Assembly: GCA_964352425.1 (NCBI GenBank)
Contig: CAYGRZ010000004.1
Span: 2,647-66,646, forward strand
Direction: 5' to 3'
Length of the DNA stretch: 64,000 nt
Source of the DNA: an uncultured Planctomycetia bacterium
Lineage (GTDB): Bacteria; Omnitrophota; Gorgyraeia; 2-01-FULL-45-10
A program made the translations under genes and the position numbers. Below, in pieces: positions 8,700 to 19,176 of the stretch. The notes below the pieces were generated by a model, which saw only the letters and a program-made list of their open reading frames with translations, ran no database searches and was not told the origin of the DNA. Each line of letters opens with the position of its first letter. The first letter of the stretch is position 1.

Positions 8700-11600
8700 C
8701 GCACCTTTATGCCGGCAAGCGGGCTCTTATTGATATCCCGGCGCACGGCCTTTATCTTCAGGTCACCCCTCGGTTTGTCGAGGTCGGAAGGCAGATGGAG
8801 CTCGTTACCCGCCAGGGTTGCCCCCACCACGCCTTCCATCGCCTGGCGCAGCATCCACCCGGCGGCGCCGGTGTACCCGTGCCAGATCATGCGCCCCGGC
8901 TCGAAATTTGTCAGCATGTCGGCCGACTGCTTGTTCGGCTGCCCGCCGTAGATCTCCTGCTCCGGGCCCTTCACGTGCGGTATCGGCGAGATCTTGAGCC
9001 AGAGACGATAGGCTGTCGCACGGTACTCGTCCGCTTTCGCGCGGTCGCCCCGCCTCTCAAACTCTTCGGCAATAAGGCGGGCAGCCCTGACGAGCCACTG
9101 CACGCCGTGGCAGTACATGCCGTTCTCACGCACGCCTTCGGGATATTTGCTCGAGCGCCCGAGGTACGGCTTGGTATCCTCGCGCAGCGCCGGCCACCCG
9201 AGGAGGATCGCATTGTCCTTCTCGAGGATCTTGAGGGCCGTGTTAAATATGGTCAACCCCCGCTCGAAGTTGATGCCGCTGGTAACCGCCCATGAGGCGG
9301 TGAGCGCGTCTATCTCCCATATCCCGCTGCCCTTCATGCCGATCTCAGTTCCGTCGTCGTGGATCGCGCGCAGGTACCGGTCGCCCCTCCAGGTCTTTTC
9401 GAGCGCCTCCTCGAGGAGCTTCATCCTCTTCACATAATGTTCTTTGCGGGCCGCTCCGTCCTTCCGGCCGATACAATCGGCCATCCCTTTCAGGATGTAA
9501 TGAAGGAAAAACCCGAGCCATATGCTCTCGCCGCGGCCCTCGCTTCCGATCTCGTCGAGGCCGTCGTTCCAGTCTCCCATCTGTATAAGCGGAAGTCCGT
9601 GCTTTCCCATCCGGTCATTCAGGACAAGGTCGATCGAGCGCATGCAGTGCCGGTACACGGTGTCGGAGCGGGTCGTGCGGTGATAGAGGTGCCCCCACCC
9701 CTGCTTGTTCTTTGGGAGCTTCGCGAATGGGAACTCCGAGTACGCGTAAAAGGTCATCTCGTCAAGGATCGACCGGTCGCCCGTCATCCTGATGTACTCG
9801 GCGACGCCCCAGGCAAGCCATACGGGGTTATCGGAGGCATGCGTGCGGCAGGAAAACGCCATCCGGCCGTCAGTGAGGGTGAAGAACCAGTGAAAGACGT
9901 CGCCCTCGAGGAACTGCTGGGACGCGGCCAGTACGATATGCGTGCGCGCCAGCGCCGGGTCGACCCATATCAGGTTTATCGTATCCTGGAGCTGGTCGCG
10001 GAAGCCATAGGCGCCGCTCGTCTGGTAGAATCCGCGGCGCGCCCAAATACGCTCGGCGAGCGCCTGGTACTTAAGCCAGTTCTGGTACCGGTCGAACTCG
10101 GGCGAGCTCGTCTCGACCTTCACGGTCTCCATGAGGCCCAGCCACCATCTTCTGGTATCGGCGAGGCTCTTCTTGGCCGCTTCGATATCCTTATATTTCT
10201 TTATGATGCCGACGGCCTCTTTCATCCGGTCGGTCTGGCCGAGGATGATCGCCACCGAAGCTTGCCCGCGCGCGGGGACCTCCAGCGTCGCCAGAAATGC
10301 AGCCACCTGGCCGTCGTCGGTCAGCTGCGTGGCATCCGGGGAACCCATCTCGACCATGTACGGCCGCGCGACAGTGCGGCCGGTCCCGAAGAAACGCCCT
10401 CGCCGTATCTCGTGGGATTCCGACTGCACCGACATCGATACGAACGCAGGACCTGAACGGAAGATGTTGCGCGGGTTCTCGTAGAAGAGCGCGTCGAGCT
10501 TCTTATCATAGCGGGTGGGCAGCGGCCCCGACTTCTCGGGCATGAACCCGAGCACCATCTGGAAGTACGGCGCGACCCTCATCTTTCTCGGATGGTCGGC
10601 GCTATTCTTTATCGTCAGCAGGTACACCCCCGTCGGCTCGTCCGGCGGAACGAAGACGGCCAGTTCCGTCGAGATCGTCCCGTCCGTCATGCGGAAGACA
10701 GCACTGCCGTCGACCGAGAACGCGCACTCGTGCGCGGCACCCGGCTTATTCAGCGGGTGGTATGTCGGGGAGTACCATTCGTTGGTGTCCCGGTCATAGA
10801 GGTAGATCGCCTCGGACGGTATCTCGCGCGTCACCATATCGGCCCAGTCGGGCGTCAGGCGGTTCTGCTGCGAATTGCCGTTGCACGAGGTGTGTAAGCC
10901 CCGGTTCGTCACCATGACCGAATGTATGGCGTTGGAGACCGCGTGGTCGATCGGCCTGGGCGTGAACGGCGTCTTCACGACGAGCGTGTTGCCGTCCTTG
11001 GTAAAGTCCGAGTACGGCACCGGCGTCCCCAGGGGTATCTCGCCGTGGCCGATCAAGAGAGCCCTCTTCTTCTTTTCCGGCGGCGGCGTCTTCGGAACCT
11101 GAGCCTTGATATACTTTTTGGCGAGCTCAACAGCCTTCTCTTTGTTCTTGGCGTACCCGATTAAAAGCTGCATCGTCACGGATCCCTTCGCTCCCACTGC
11201 CGCGTTCAGCATGAGGCTGCCGATCGGATCGAAGGTCGGGTATTCGTCGGTGTCGCGCGGGCTTAAGAAATCGAGCGTCTCGAGGATGCGGGGCGACCAG
11301 ATGCTCCTGGCGCGGCCGATAAAATCGAAGCGTGACGTCGAGAACCCCTCCGGCGCGACATCGCTTGCGAGAACACCGGTCGACTTGGTGCTCTTCTGCG
11401 ACGAGACGATAGCGTTGACCGAGCTGTCATACCCCATCTCAGGATAGAGGCGCTGGTACTGCGTGTGGAACCTGTCGTGGAGGCCGCCATTCAGGACCCA
11501 CTCGAGATACGGTACGACTTTAAGCGCTCGCGGCTTGTCCGTCAGGTTCTCGATCTTTATCTTCCAGATCTCAGCGGTCGCGTCCTGGTCGGGCAGGCTG

Positions 11601-14600
11601 ATCTCGACGGTCGTCAGGATGCCGTTCGCGGAATTGATTACCTTGAGCGAGCCGTCGCACTGCTCGACGATCGAGGGGGCGAACTTCTCCGCCGGGCAAT
11701 TACCCACGACCGGCCAGAACCGCTTGGGGCTTGAGGCGCTCTGGGCCGTATCGACGACGAATATGATCCTGCCGCACGGATCGACCGTGTCATACGAGCG
11801 CCGCGTGATATCGCATTCCTTGCCGGTGAGCTCGCTGTAACCCGCGCCGTCTTCTCTCACGATCGTTTTGTATTCCCTGTTGCAAAGTTCGTAGCTCGCC
11901 AGGCGGCACTTGCGGTTTCTGAGGCTCAGGGTGCGAAGGATAAATGAGGCCGCGATACAGACGAGGAGAGCCACTATTATTAGGATGGCAACCTGGCCAG
12001 GCGACATCGCCTGCAGGGCCGGGACTATCCCCTTGCCCCTGGCGGCCTCCTGGATGGCCCCTGACGTTGTCCACGCGTAATCCCAATCCTTGCCGCGCGG
12101 CAGGTAAAAAGGTATGAGGAGCGGCGCCCATGTCGCGAAACGCTTGACGCCTTCGGGGATATATCGCTGTGCCGATGCCTTCCCTATAAAGCGGCCTATT
12201 CTTTCGTCGAGCCTGTCCATGCCGAGGAAGCTTAAGTTCACCAGTGTGGCGACTCTTAAGCCCATATGGTCCATCCATATGAGAACGCGGAACCAGTCGA
12301 AGGCCAGCACCCAGACAAAGACCTGGAGGCTCCACTGCCGGAATGCTTCCGGCGTCATCGCGAAATTATTAAAGATGCACGTGAAGGTGTGGATCATGCC
12401 GTCCTGGTTATACCAGGTCGGGTCCGGCATCATGCGCAGGAACGTGAAGATGATGGGCGACATCCAGAGGCCCCACCGGAGGACGTATATCATGTGCTCG
12501 ACCAGCTGCGCGAACCCCGCCTTCGAGAAGAAGAACTTGATAGGGGTCTTGTCTTTCTCAAAATACGCCTGCATGAAGACCTTGTTGATGGCAAAGAGCC
12601 ACGCGGCGATGGACCAGTTGATGACACCCGCCAGAGATTCAAGAAAAAGCAGCTTGGCTCCTCCGGTGCACTGCCCCAAATCCATGTGCCCCCATTTCAT
12701 AACCAAGGGCCACGTGTTATAAAAACCTTCCGAAGAAAAAGTCGCCGCATTGTACTGATTTAATCGAGCCGGTGCTAAAACGGTGCTTACATAAAGGTTG
12801 AACTTTTCCACGATCACCGGGACTTGTAGAGTATCCAGATAGAATGCCATGGCGCTTCCCAAAAATGCGCCCAGGCACGAATCGACGAAGTAGAGCCGCC
12901 ATGTCTGGATCTTGCCCTGGCGCTTCATTGCCCAGACGGCATCTCTTAGGAAGCTTACGCCGCCTGAGGACAGGACTCCTATAATAAGGCCGAAGAGGCA
13001 GCGGTGTCCCATCGGCCACTGAACCATACCCCTGGTCAGGGCGAAGGCAAATCCGAACCCGACGACCACTCCCCTGGCGTAGAGGCTCCCGTCACTGTAG
13101 CTATACTGCGCGCGTTCGAAGAACTTGAGGCTGCCGTCAAAGGTCTCGATTATGGTCTTGAGGAGCGGAAAGATTAGTGCGCCGCAGACGATGCCGATCA
13201 GTATCGGCATGCCGCCCATTATCTTCTGGGCCACGGGCCAGCTCACGATCATGTAGAGAGCGTACATAATCGCCACAAGGATGGCGCTGTAAGCCATACC
13301 CTTCTTCATGCCGGCGTTTACGTGCTTTGAGATCGTCTCAGCCGTAGGCGCGACGCTGTGGCCGCCGTCCAGGAGGCCGCCCGTTATGAGATAGACTTCC
13401 GCCCACAGGCCGCCGTATGAAAGCATCGTCGTTACTATCGCGGTGATTGCCCTCAAGCCGATCGGCAGTTTTGCGACGAAGGCAACCGAACCGAGGTTTG
13501 CGATGACCGGGGCAACGACGGCACCGAGCGAGACAAGAAATATCGAAAGGTGCGCCTTGGGGGCCTTGAGCAGCCTCGACTTCGTCACGAGGCCGATCCC
13601 GTTCATGACGATCTCGTTGAAGACGAACATGACGATGATCCTGCCGATGAATTCTGTTATGTGCGGCCACGCGGCGAGGAGCCCCGCGCTTATGGTGCCG
13701 CCCAACACTTTTAGGAGGCCGACGCTCTCCAGGAGCAGCAGCCAGTTGAAGATGTACGGCGCGGCAAAGATGAACGCGGCGCTTGCCGCTTTCAGGTGCC
13801 TGCCGGACGAGGCGATCGAGCGGGCATTGGCCGCATGATAGACGACGACGGTGATCGTCGCTACCCAGTTACTGAACATGAGAAGCTGCATCCACGAGGA
13901 CGGGGCCGCCAGGACGCCAAGCTTGCTCGAGGCGACCGCTAGTAACCCCGTGAAGAGAGTATTCTGGAAAGTCTCCGCCGGTGTCAGGTGCCTGCCGGTC
14001 AGCCCGCGCTTCAAAAGCTCTGCTATGGCTGCGCCCGCAAGCCCGGCTCCGAGAAAACCGAATGAGGTGGTGGCCTGCAGCGAGGGCGCAAAGCCCTGAG
14101 AATAAACGAAGAGAGCGACAGCTGCAATCAGCATGGCGACAATGCCGTAGAGGACGTCCCGTGCAAGCCTCGTGAGAAGCGTCGCCGGTGATGACGATAA
14201 TTTCGCTATTTCTCTCATGACCTCATTGCGCGTGCATACGACGCGGGGACGGAAGATCATGCCAAGGAGCGCAGCTATGAGCGCCAATAGCGCCGCGAGC
14301 GCCGCGGCCGCGGCTGCCTTTACGAAGATGATATTCTTCTGGAACAGCGACATCTTATAGAAGTTGAGGTCAAAATATATTATACCCTCGAGCTTCTTGG
14401 ACATATCCCGCGGGATGATGAGAATAACGACCTCCTTAAGCTCACCTATCCTGTTCCAGTCAACCGGTTCCCGGATATAGTTCCAGCCTGTGCTGACGGG
14501 AAGCGAGACGACCTGCGCGGAAGGCCTGTCCCCCTTGACCTCCAGCCTTATCGAGATCTGGCCCAGCTGTTCCGGGGTCGAGACCCTGGCAGCGGCCATG

Positions 14601-14938
14601 AAAGCGTCCACAACGTCAGCCTTGAATTTCGGCGGATACTTCTTTATTACGGGGCCGATGAGCCCTCCCGGCAATATCGTGTAGTCGAATTTTATGACAT
14701 CTTTCTTGAGGGATCCGTCAGCCTCGGAGGTCACGTCGCCCATGGCCGGGCCCTCATTGTACATGACCTTCTCTTCGGCTTCCAGGATGCTGAACCCCGT
14801 CGGATCGTTCACGATCGTGGCGCGCTCATCGGCACACTCGGCGATAGACGCCGAGGCAGCCGCCAGAACCGCCAGGGCCGCCATGATGCGAAGACCTCTC
14901 CGGAACATTCTTCCTCCCCACATGTTATCATGTGCCAT
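8696..14938 (-). CDS. Multi-pass membrane protein fused to a GH94 glycoside phosphorylase (NdvB/Cgs C-terminal type)
   Basis: 2080 aa: signal peptide, CBM-like domain and about 800 aa of TM helices, then two beta-sandwich repeats and the GH94 motifs FYQTSGAYGFRDQLQD, HWF, SD..W, G.HGLP, GDWNDG, GES.WL, RENG.Y.H and YTGAAGW. Confidence 0.85.
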   Translation of the reverse strand: MAHDNMWGGRMFRRGLRIMAALAVLAAASASIAECADERATIVNDPTGFSILEAEEKVMYNEGPAMGDVTSEADGSLKKDVIKFDYTILPGGLIGPVIKKYPPKFKADVVDAFMAAARVSTPEQLGQISIRLEVKGDRPSAQVVSLPVSTGWNYIREPVDWNRIGELKEVVILIIPRDMSKKLEGIIYFDLNFYKMSLFQKNIIFVKAAAAAALAALLALIAALLGMIFRPRVVCTRNEVMREIAKLSSSPATLLTRLARDVLYGIVAMLIAAVALFVYSQGFAPSLQATTSFGFLGAGLAGAAIAELLKRGLTGRHLTPAETFQNTLFTGLLAVASSKLGVLAAPSSWMQLLMFSNWVATITVVVYHAANARSIASSGRHLKAASAAFIFAAPYIFNWLLLLESVGLLKVLGGTISAGLLAAWPHITEFIGRIIVMFVFNEIVMNGIGLVTKSRLLKAPKAHLSIFLVSLGAVVAPVIANLGSVAFVAKLPIGLRAITAIVTTMLSYGGLWAEVYLITGGLLDGGHSVAPTAETISKHVNAGMKKGMAYSAILVAIMYALYMIVSWPVAQKIMGGMPILIGIVCGALIFPLLKTIIETFDGSLKFFERAQYSYSDGSLYARGVVVGFGFAFALTRGMVQWPMGHRCLFGLIIGVLSSGGVSFLRDAVWAMKRQGKIQTWRLYFVDSCLGAFLGSAMAFYLDTLQVPVIVEKFNLYVSTVLAPARLNQYNAATFSSEGFYNTWPLVMKWGHMDLGQCTGGAKLLFLESLAGVINWSIAAWLFAINKVFMQAYFEKDKTPIKFFFSKAGFAQLVEHMIYVLRWGLWMSPIIFTFLRMMPDPTWYNQDGMIHTFTCIFNNFAMTPEAFRQWSLQVFVWVLAFDWFRVLIWMDHMGLRVATLVNLSFLGMDRLDERIGRFIGKASAQRYIPEGVKRFATWAPLLIPFYLPRGKDWDYAWTTSGAIQEAARGKGIVPALQAMSPGQVAILIIVALLVCIAASFILRTLSLRNRKCRLASYELCNREYKTIVREDGAGYSELTGKECDITRRSYDTVDPCGRIIFVVDTAQSASSPKRFWPVVGNCPAEKFAPSIVEQCDGSLKVINSANGILTTVEISLPDQDATAEIWKIKIENLTDKPRALKVVPYLEWVLNGGLHDRFHTQYQRLYPEMGYDSSVNAIVSSQKSTKSTGVLASDVAPEGFSTSRFDFIGRARSIWSPRILETLDFLSPRDTDEYPTFDPIGSLMLNAAVGAKGSVTMQLLIGYAKNKEKAVELAKKYIKAQVPKTPPPEKKKRALLIGHGEIPLGTPVPYSDFTKDGNTLVVKTPFTPRPIDHAVSNAIHSVMVTNRGLHTSCNGNSQQNRLTPDWADMVTREIPSEAIYLYDRDTNEWYSPTYHPLNKPGAAHECAFSVDGSAVFRMTDGTISTELAVFVPPDEPTGVYLLTIKNSADHPRKMRVAPYFQMVLGFMPEKSGPLPTRYDKKLDALFYENPRNIFRSGPAFVSMSVQSESHEIRRGRFFGTGRTVARPYMVEMGSPDATQLTDDGQVAAFLATLEVPARGQASVAIILGQTDRMKEAVGIIKKYKDIEAAKKSLADTRRWWLGLMETVKVETSSPEFDRYQNWLKYQALAERIWARRGFYQTSGAYGFRDQLQDTINLIWVDPALARTHIVLAASQQFLEGDVFHWFFTLTDGRMAFSCRTHASDNPVWLAWGVAEYIRMTGDRSILDEMTFYAYSEFPFAKLPKNKQGWGHLYHRTTRSDTVYRHCMRSIDLVLNDRMGKHGLPLIQMGDWNDGLDEIGSEGRGESIWLGFFLHYILKGMADCIGRKDGAARKEHYVKRMKLLEEALEKTWRGDRYLRAIHDDGTEIGMKGSGIWEIDALTASWAVTSGINFERGLTIFNTALKILEKDNAILLGWPALREDTKPYLGRSSKYPEGVRENGMYCHGVQWLVRAARLIAEEFERRGDRAKADEYRATAYRLWLKISPIPHVKGPEQEIYGGQPNKQSADMLTNFEPGRMIWHGYTGAAGWMLRQAMEGVVGATLAGNELHLPSDLDKPRGDLKIKAVRRDINKSPLAGIKVR

Positions 14939-14987
14939 GGTGAATGATACTCCTCTTTATGCTTCGACAGTGCTTGGTATAAATCTA

Positions 14988-16817
14988 TTATTTAACGACC
15001 ACGACCAGCGTCAGGTCCTTCGCCGCGTCTTTCCTTAAACCCTTATCCGGCGTGCGCACGAGCCCAAAATCATCCAGCTTCGCGGATATCTTGTAGGTTC
15101 CCGGCTCGGACGGCGCCTTCCAGGACTTGGACGGTGATTCCTTGTCGTCGGCGAAACTGCCGTTCTCAGAGGCCCAGTGCAGGACGAGCAGATCCGGCTC
15201 CGTCTCTTCCCTCAGCTCCTTCGGCAGGCGCGAGAGGTCCTCCTTGTCGAGTTGGTACTCATTGAACCGGTCTTTATCGTCCAGCCCCTCAAGGGCGACC
15301 TGTATCTGCGTGCCGGGGCCGACTTCGACCTGCAGCGAACCGTCGCCGGCAGTCGTCGTCTCGAGCTTCTGGCCGCCGGCCGTCGGAACGATCGCGCCGT
15401 TCGTCGGCATGTGAGGATCCCACACTTTGTACGAATCGCTGATGTCGCTGCCGAACTTGGGCGCGGCCTTCTGCTCCCGTATCTGCTTGATATCGTCGAG
15501 GATCGTCTGCGCCGCGAAGGAATACATGCTCGTCGGATCGACCTTCTGCAGCTTCTCGACAGCCGTCTCGTAATTCTTGGCTCTGTAATAGAGGAGTCCT
15601 ATCAGGACCTGGGCGAAATCGCCGGTGTTCTTCCTGTAATAGTTGTCGACGAGGCGCTGCAGCCCCTCTATCGCCTGCACCCTCGGCAGCTGCTCATAAT
15701 AGAGCTTCGCGAGCATCTCGAATGCCTTGTCGAACCAGACGCTGTTCTGATACTTTGTCAGGAAGCCTTCGAGCGCATCCTGGGCCTTCACGTAATCCTT
15801 CTCCAGGTTGTAGCACATCGCTATCTTGTAACTGCAGTAGTCGACGACCTTCGACTCGCCGTAGCTGGCGCAGTAGGCCTCATAATACCGCCTGGCCTCT
15901 TTATGCTTGCCCGCGGCGAAATACTTCTCGGCGATCTCCATCACCTTCGTCGCCATCTCTTCTTTCTCGAAATACGCGGGCGCGGAGGCCGCATACTGCT
16001 CATACAGGTACGTGGCGTTCTTCAGGTCGTGATTGGCAAAGCGGCCGTCGGCCGCCTTCTTTATTTCGTCGAGGACGCCGCGCGCGGTCGCCCTGTCAGC
16101 CTTTGCGGCAAAGATGATCTTCAGCTTCGTGCCGTATTGCACCAGCCCCATACGGTCCAGCTCGCCGCATACCCTGGCAAGCTCCCGCAGGTTCGCCCGG
16201 GGGTCGCTGCTGTACCGGGCTATCGCGGCCGCTATCCCGTCGAGTATCGCGTCCGACTTCTCCGACTGGAACTTCTCTTTGAAGACGAGGAACTTCAGCA
16301 GGTTCACGTCGATGATAAGGCTTTTCGACGCGGTCGCGGCCGCCCGATCCAGGTAGTGAAGCGCTTCGCTGTAATAACGGTCGTTCACCGACATGTAGAG
16401 CCGTCCGGCCTCCAGGTCGTTAGATTTTGAAAGGCAGAGCAGCTGCTCGATCCTGATCCTGCCCAGGCCATAATAGAGGACGTCCTTATTTTCTGCCGAG
16501 GCGTCCTGGGCCATGCTCTTCAGGTCGGAGGCGAGTTTTTCGTAATCGTCGTACGTCCTGCATTCCGAGCATGTCTCCTTGATCACGCCGAGCGCCGACT
16601 CCCCGTCCTTCGCCGCCAGGAGCCTCAACATGATATCGTTAAAGTCCAGCGTGTAGTTCGGCGCGTGGCCTGCGGCCGCATTTTCGGTTGCGGCGCTCCC
16701 GCCGCCGGCCGGCGAGGGGCCCTCGTCCTGCGTTGCTCGGGCCGCGCACCGGGTGTGCGCACACAGCGCAAAAATAATCACGGATACAGCAAGGTCTATC
16801 TTTCTCATCACGGTCAC
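14988..16817 (-). CDS. Secreted tetratricopeptide-repeat protein with a C-terminal Ig/PKD-like domain
   Basis: Signal peptide; TPR-like helices (AEKYFAAGKHKEARRYYE, IAMCYNLEKDYVKA, IGLLYYRAKNYETA); C-terminal W.AP.EPGTY.I. Confidence 0.7.
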   Translation of the reverse strand: MTVMRKIDLAVSVIIFALCAHTRCAARATQDEGPSPAGGGSAATENAAAGHAPNYTLDFNDIMLRLLAAKDGESALGVIKETCSECRTYDDYEKLASDLKSMAQDASAENKDVLYYGLGRIRIEQLLCLSKSNDLEAGRLYMSVNDRYYSEALHYLDRAAATASKSLIIDVNLLKFLVFKEKFQSEKSDAILDGIAAAIARYSSDPRANLRELARVCGELDRMGLVQYGTKLKIIFAAKADRATARGVLDEIKKAADGRFANHDLKNATYLYEQYAASAPAYFEKEEMATKVMEIAEKYFAAGKHKEARRYYEAYCASYGESKVVDYCSYKIAMCYNLEKDYVKAQDALEGFLTKYQNSVWFDKAFEMLAKLYYEQLPRVQAIEGLQRLVDNYYRKNTGDFAQVLIGLLYYRAKNYETAVEKLQKVDPTSMYSFAAQTILDDIKQIREQKAAPKFGSDISDSYKVWDPHMPTNGAIVPTAGGQKLETTTAGDGSLQVEVGPGTQIQVALEGLDDKDRFNEYQLDKEDLSRLPKELREETEPDLLVLHWASENGSFADDKESPSKSWKAPSEPGTYKISAKLDDFGLVRTPDKGLRKDAAKDLTLVVVVK

Positions 16818-19105
16818 CTCTTCTTTACGTTGGTAAAGCCCGCTTTCACAAGCGCTTCCTTTACATATGTGTTCTTCATGAAGTTCTTCCAGACGAACCC
16901 CGTCCGGAAGTTCTCTACCGGTATCAGGAACATCCCCACCCCTATGCCGTAGTAGGTCGGGGCGTACCAGTTCAGGTCGAGGTTATATGAGTCCTTGAGG
17001 CCGTACTGCCCCCAGAGGTTCGGATAGGTCACGTACATATATTTCAGCGCGGATATCGATAAGTACGGAGCGAAGACGATGGAGCCCGCGGGCCCCGTCG
17101 GCGAGATGGTGCCGTCGTACTGCGGCTCGCCGTTGCCCGCCGGCGGCGGCCCGAAATGCATGACATAGCCGCCCGGCCTCGCCATCGATGTGATGCCCCA
17201 GCTGTTCGGCCCGTATCCCTTGAACTTGTCGGCGTTATCGATGCAGAACTGCCGGTTGGCCAGCGTCGCGTTGGTGGAGTTCTCGAACCAGTTGACGCCC
17301 TTCCTGTCGGTCATGCCGCGGAAGTCGAACCAGAGGTTGGCATACTGGTAGGAGAAGAGCGCCCCGTGCCAGCTGTAGATGAAGCTCTTTCCGTTCTCGT
17401 AAGCGCCGGACTGCCGTGTCCACGCGTAAAAGGAGTCGGGGGTGACCGGGTGCGTCGGCGAGCCTATCGCCAGCAGCGATATCAGGATGACTTCGTCGGT
17501 GTAGTAGTCCCAGTATGAACCGAGGAAGCCCCGTTCGGGCGACCACCCCATCGAGAAGGTGTTGAGGTACGGCCCCGCGTCCTTCGAGAGGAATTTTTCC
17601 CACTCCACCCTCATGTATATCGCCTCCGCCCTCGTCTGCACGTCGCCGCCGAAATATTCACCGGCCGCCAGCGCCCCGGCGACGAGGATCGCGGTGTCGA
17701 CGGTAGATATCTCCGCCTTGCCGGCGCGGCGCGCCGTGTGCCTGTTCAGGAAATGATAAAAAAATCCGTATCTGCCTTCCGCGAGGCTCTCCTCGGCGCC
17801 CGGCAGGGGCAGGAAGGTGTCCAGCGTCATCAGGACCCTCTGCCTCGCCTCATCCTTATCGATCCATTTCCTCTCGGCGCCTATGCACAGCGCCGCGAGC
17901 CCCAGCCCCGTCGCCGCGATCGACGCGTCGCCGCCCCCGGAGGTATCGGCAAAGAGGCCCGTCTTCGGGTCCTGGTGGTCCCTGAAGAATTCGAACGCCT
18001 TCCTTTCGATGAGGTTAAGGAATTCGTCATCGGTGATCGATTCGACGCCGCACTCTATCAGCGCACCGGTCGGTTTCTCATTACCCCGTATGTCGGCGGC
18101 GAGGGCCCGCACCTGGTAGGTGTGAAGCTGCCTGACCGTATCCGGGGCCCAATCTATCTTGAAAACCCTCTTGTTGACATTGTAATCGGTGCCTATGGTC
18201 CGCCACGTGGCGCCCGTATCGGTGGAATATTCGAACCTGACGCTCTCGAGAAAATGGTTGTCGCGTATGCCGTCCGAGCGTATCTCGAGCTGGTTGGCGC
18301 CCTTGAAGACGGGGCACTGGGCCCCGGGCGCGCCGTTGACCTTAAAGCTGTTCGGGTCGGGCGCCTTTACGGGCTTGACATCCTCGTCTTTGGCGAACAA
18401 TACCTCATCCGGCCTGTAACCGAAGATCATCTCATCGACGTACACGACCCCTTTCTTGTTGCCCGCCTTGTTCTCGAAGACGAAGACCAGCTCCAGCAGT
18501 TTCGACCGGTCGGAGATCTTCGCAAAGGCCTTCAGCGGTATCGTCACCTTCCTCCAGTCCTGCCCCATGATCCCGCCTTTTATATAGGCGTTCATGTATA
18601 CATAAGTCGTGATGTCCCTGCCATACGTGAAGGCGCCGTCGCCGTCCGTATCCTCGTGCAGCTCGACCTTTATATTGCCGCCCTCCTCGAGGCCCCGCAC
18701 CCAGAACGAAAGGTAACTGTACTCCGTCAGGTCCAGCGTCTCGGTCGCGCCGGGCTTGCCCGTGACCTCTTTGCCGAGCTTTATCCAGTAGTAGGTGAAC
18801 TCGCCCGGGTTCTGCACATCGTAGTCGAGCCTTACCGCGTAGCCCGTATTGCCCAGCACGCAGCCGTCATCGTGCTCGACAGCCACAGAGAGCGTGCCCG
18901 GCCTGTTGTCGTCGCCGCCCGACATGCCGCCGAGTTCGGTGAACGCGGTGCCGTTCGAATAATCGGCCAGGAGAAGCGGTTTTACGAATTTTATCGGGAA
19001 GCGCTGTTCCTGCGCCAGAGAGTGCGTATGTAAAAAGAGGGTAAAAAGTGCGGGGACAAAAGCTGACAATGCAAGTTTTCGAAACGCGCCGTTCCAGGCT
19101 CCCAT
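16814..19105 (-). CDS. Secreted GH144-like endo-beta-1,2-glucanase with CBM11-like and Ig-like domains (start corrected to ATG 19105)
   Basis: The track ORF from 19330 overlaps the upstream gene. ATG 19105 has an AGAGG RBS and yields a signal peptide. Motifs: SIAATGLGL, GFFYHF, EISTVDTA, MGWSPE.GF, LAIGSPTHP, LFSYQY, WGIT, DGTISP and GQYG.KDSYN. Confidence 0.8.
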   Translation of the reverse strand: MGAWNGAFRKLALSAFVPALFTLFLHTHSLAQEQRFPIKFVKPLLLADYSNGTAFTELGGMSGGDDNRPGTLSVAVEHDDGCVLGNTGYAVRLDYDVQNPGEFTYYWIKLGKEVTGKPGATETLDLTEYSYLSFWVRGLEEGGNIKVELHEDTDGDGAFTYGRDITTYVYMNAYIKGGIMGQDWRKVTIPLKAFAKISDRSKLLELVFVFENKAGNKKGVVYVDEMIFGYRPDEVLFAKDEDVKPVKAPDPNSFKVNGAPGAQCPVFKGANQLEIRSDGIRDNHFLESVRFEYSTDTGATWRTIGTDYNVNKRVFKIDWAPDTVRQLHTYQVRALAADIRGNEKPTGALIECGVESITDDEFLNLIERKAFEFFRDHQDPKTGLFADTSGGGDASIAATGLGLAALCIGAERKWIDKDEARQRVLMTLDTFLPLPGAEESLAEGRYGFFYHFLNRHTARRAGKAEISTVDTAILVAGALAAGEYFGGDVQTRAEAIYMRVEWEKFLSKDAGPYLNTFSMGWSPERGFLGSYWDYYTDEVILISLLAIGSPTHPVTPDSFYAWTRQSGAYENGKSFIYSWHGALFSYQYANLWFDFRGMTDRKGVNWFENSTNATLANRQFCIDNADKFKGYGPNSWGITSMARPGGYVMHFGPPPAGNGEPQYDGTISPTGPAGSIVFAPYLSISALKYMYVTYPNLWGQYGLKDSYNLDLNWYAPTYYGIGVGMFLIPVENFRTGFVWKNFMKNTYVKEALVKAGFTNVKKR

Positions 19106-19126
19106 GGCAAGGCTTCCTCTACATAA

Positions 19127-19163
19127 AGCGGATAGGCGCTTCTGTGAGATGCGCCTATCCGCT
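19127..19163 (-). terminator. Intercistronic 13-bp hairpin (partial terminator or mRNA stabiliser)
   Basis: agcggataggcgc pairs with gcgcctatccgct; only a short T tract follows on the minus strand. Confidence 0.6.
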
Positions 19164-19176
19164 GCGATACCGGTGC

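Noticed and set aside
8696-14938. Calling this gene ndvB/cgs
   Set aside because: Only the GH94 part matches; the GT84 and cyclisation-domain motifs are absent.
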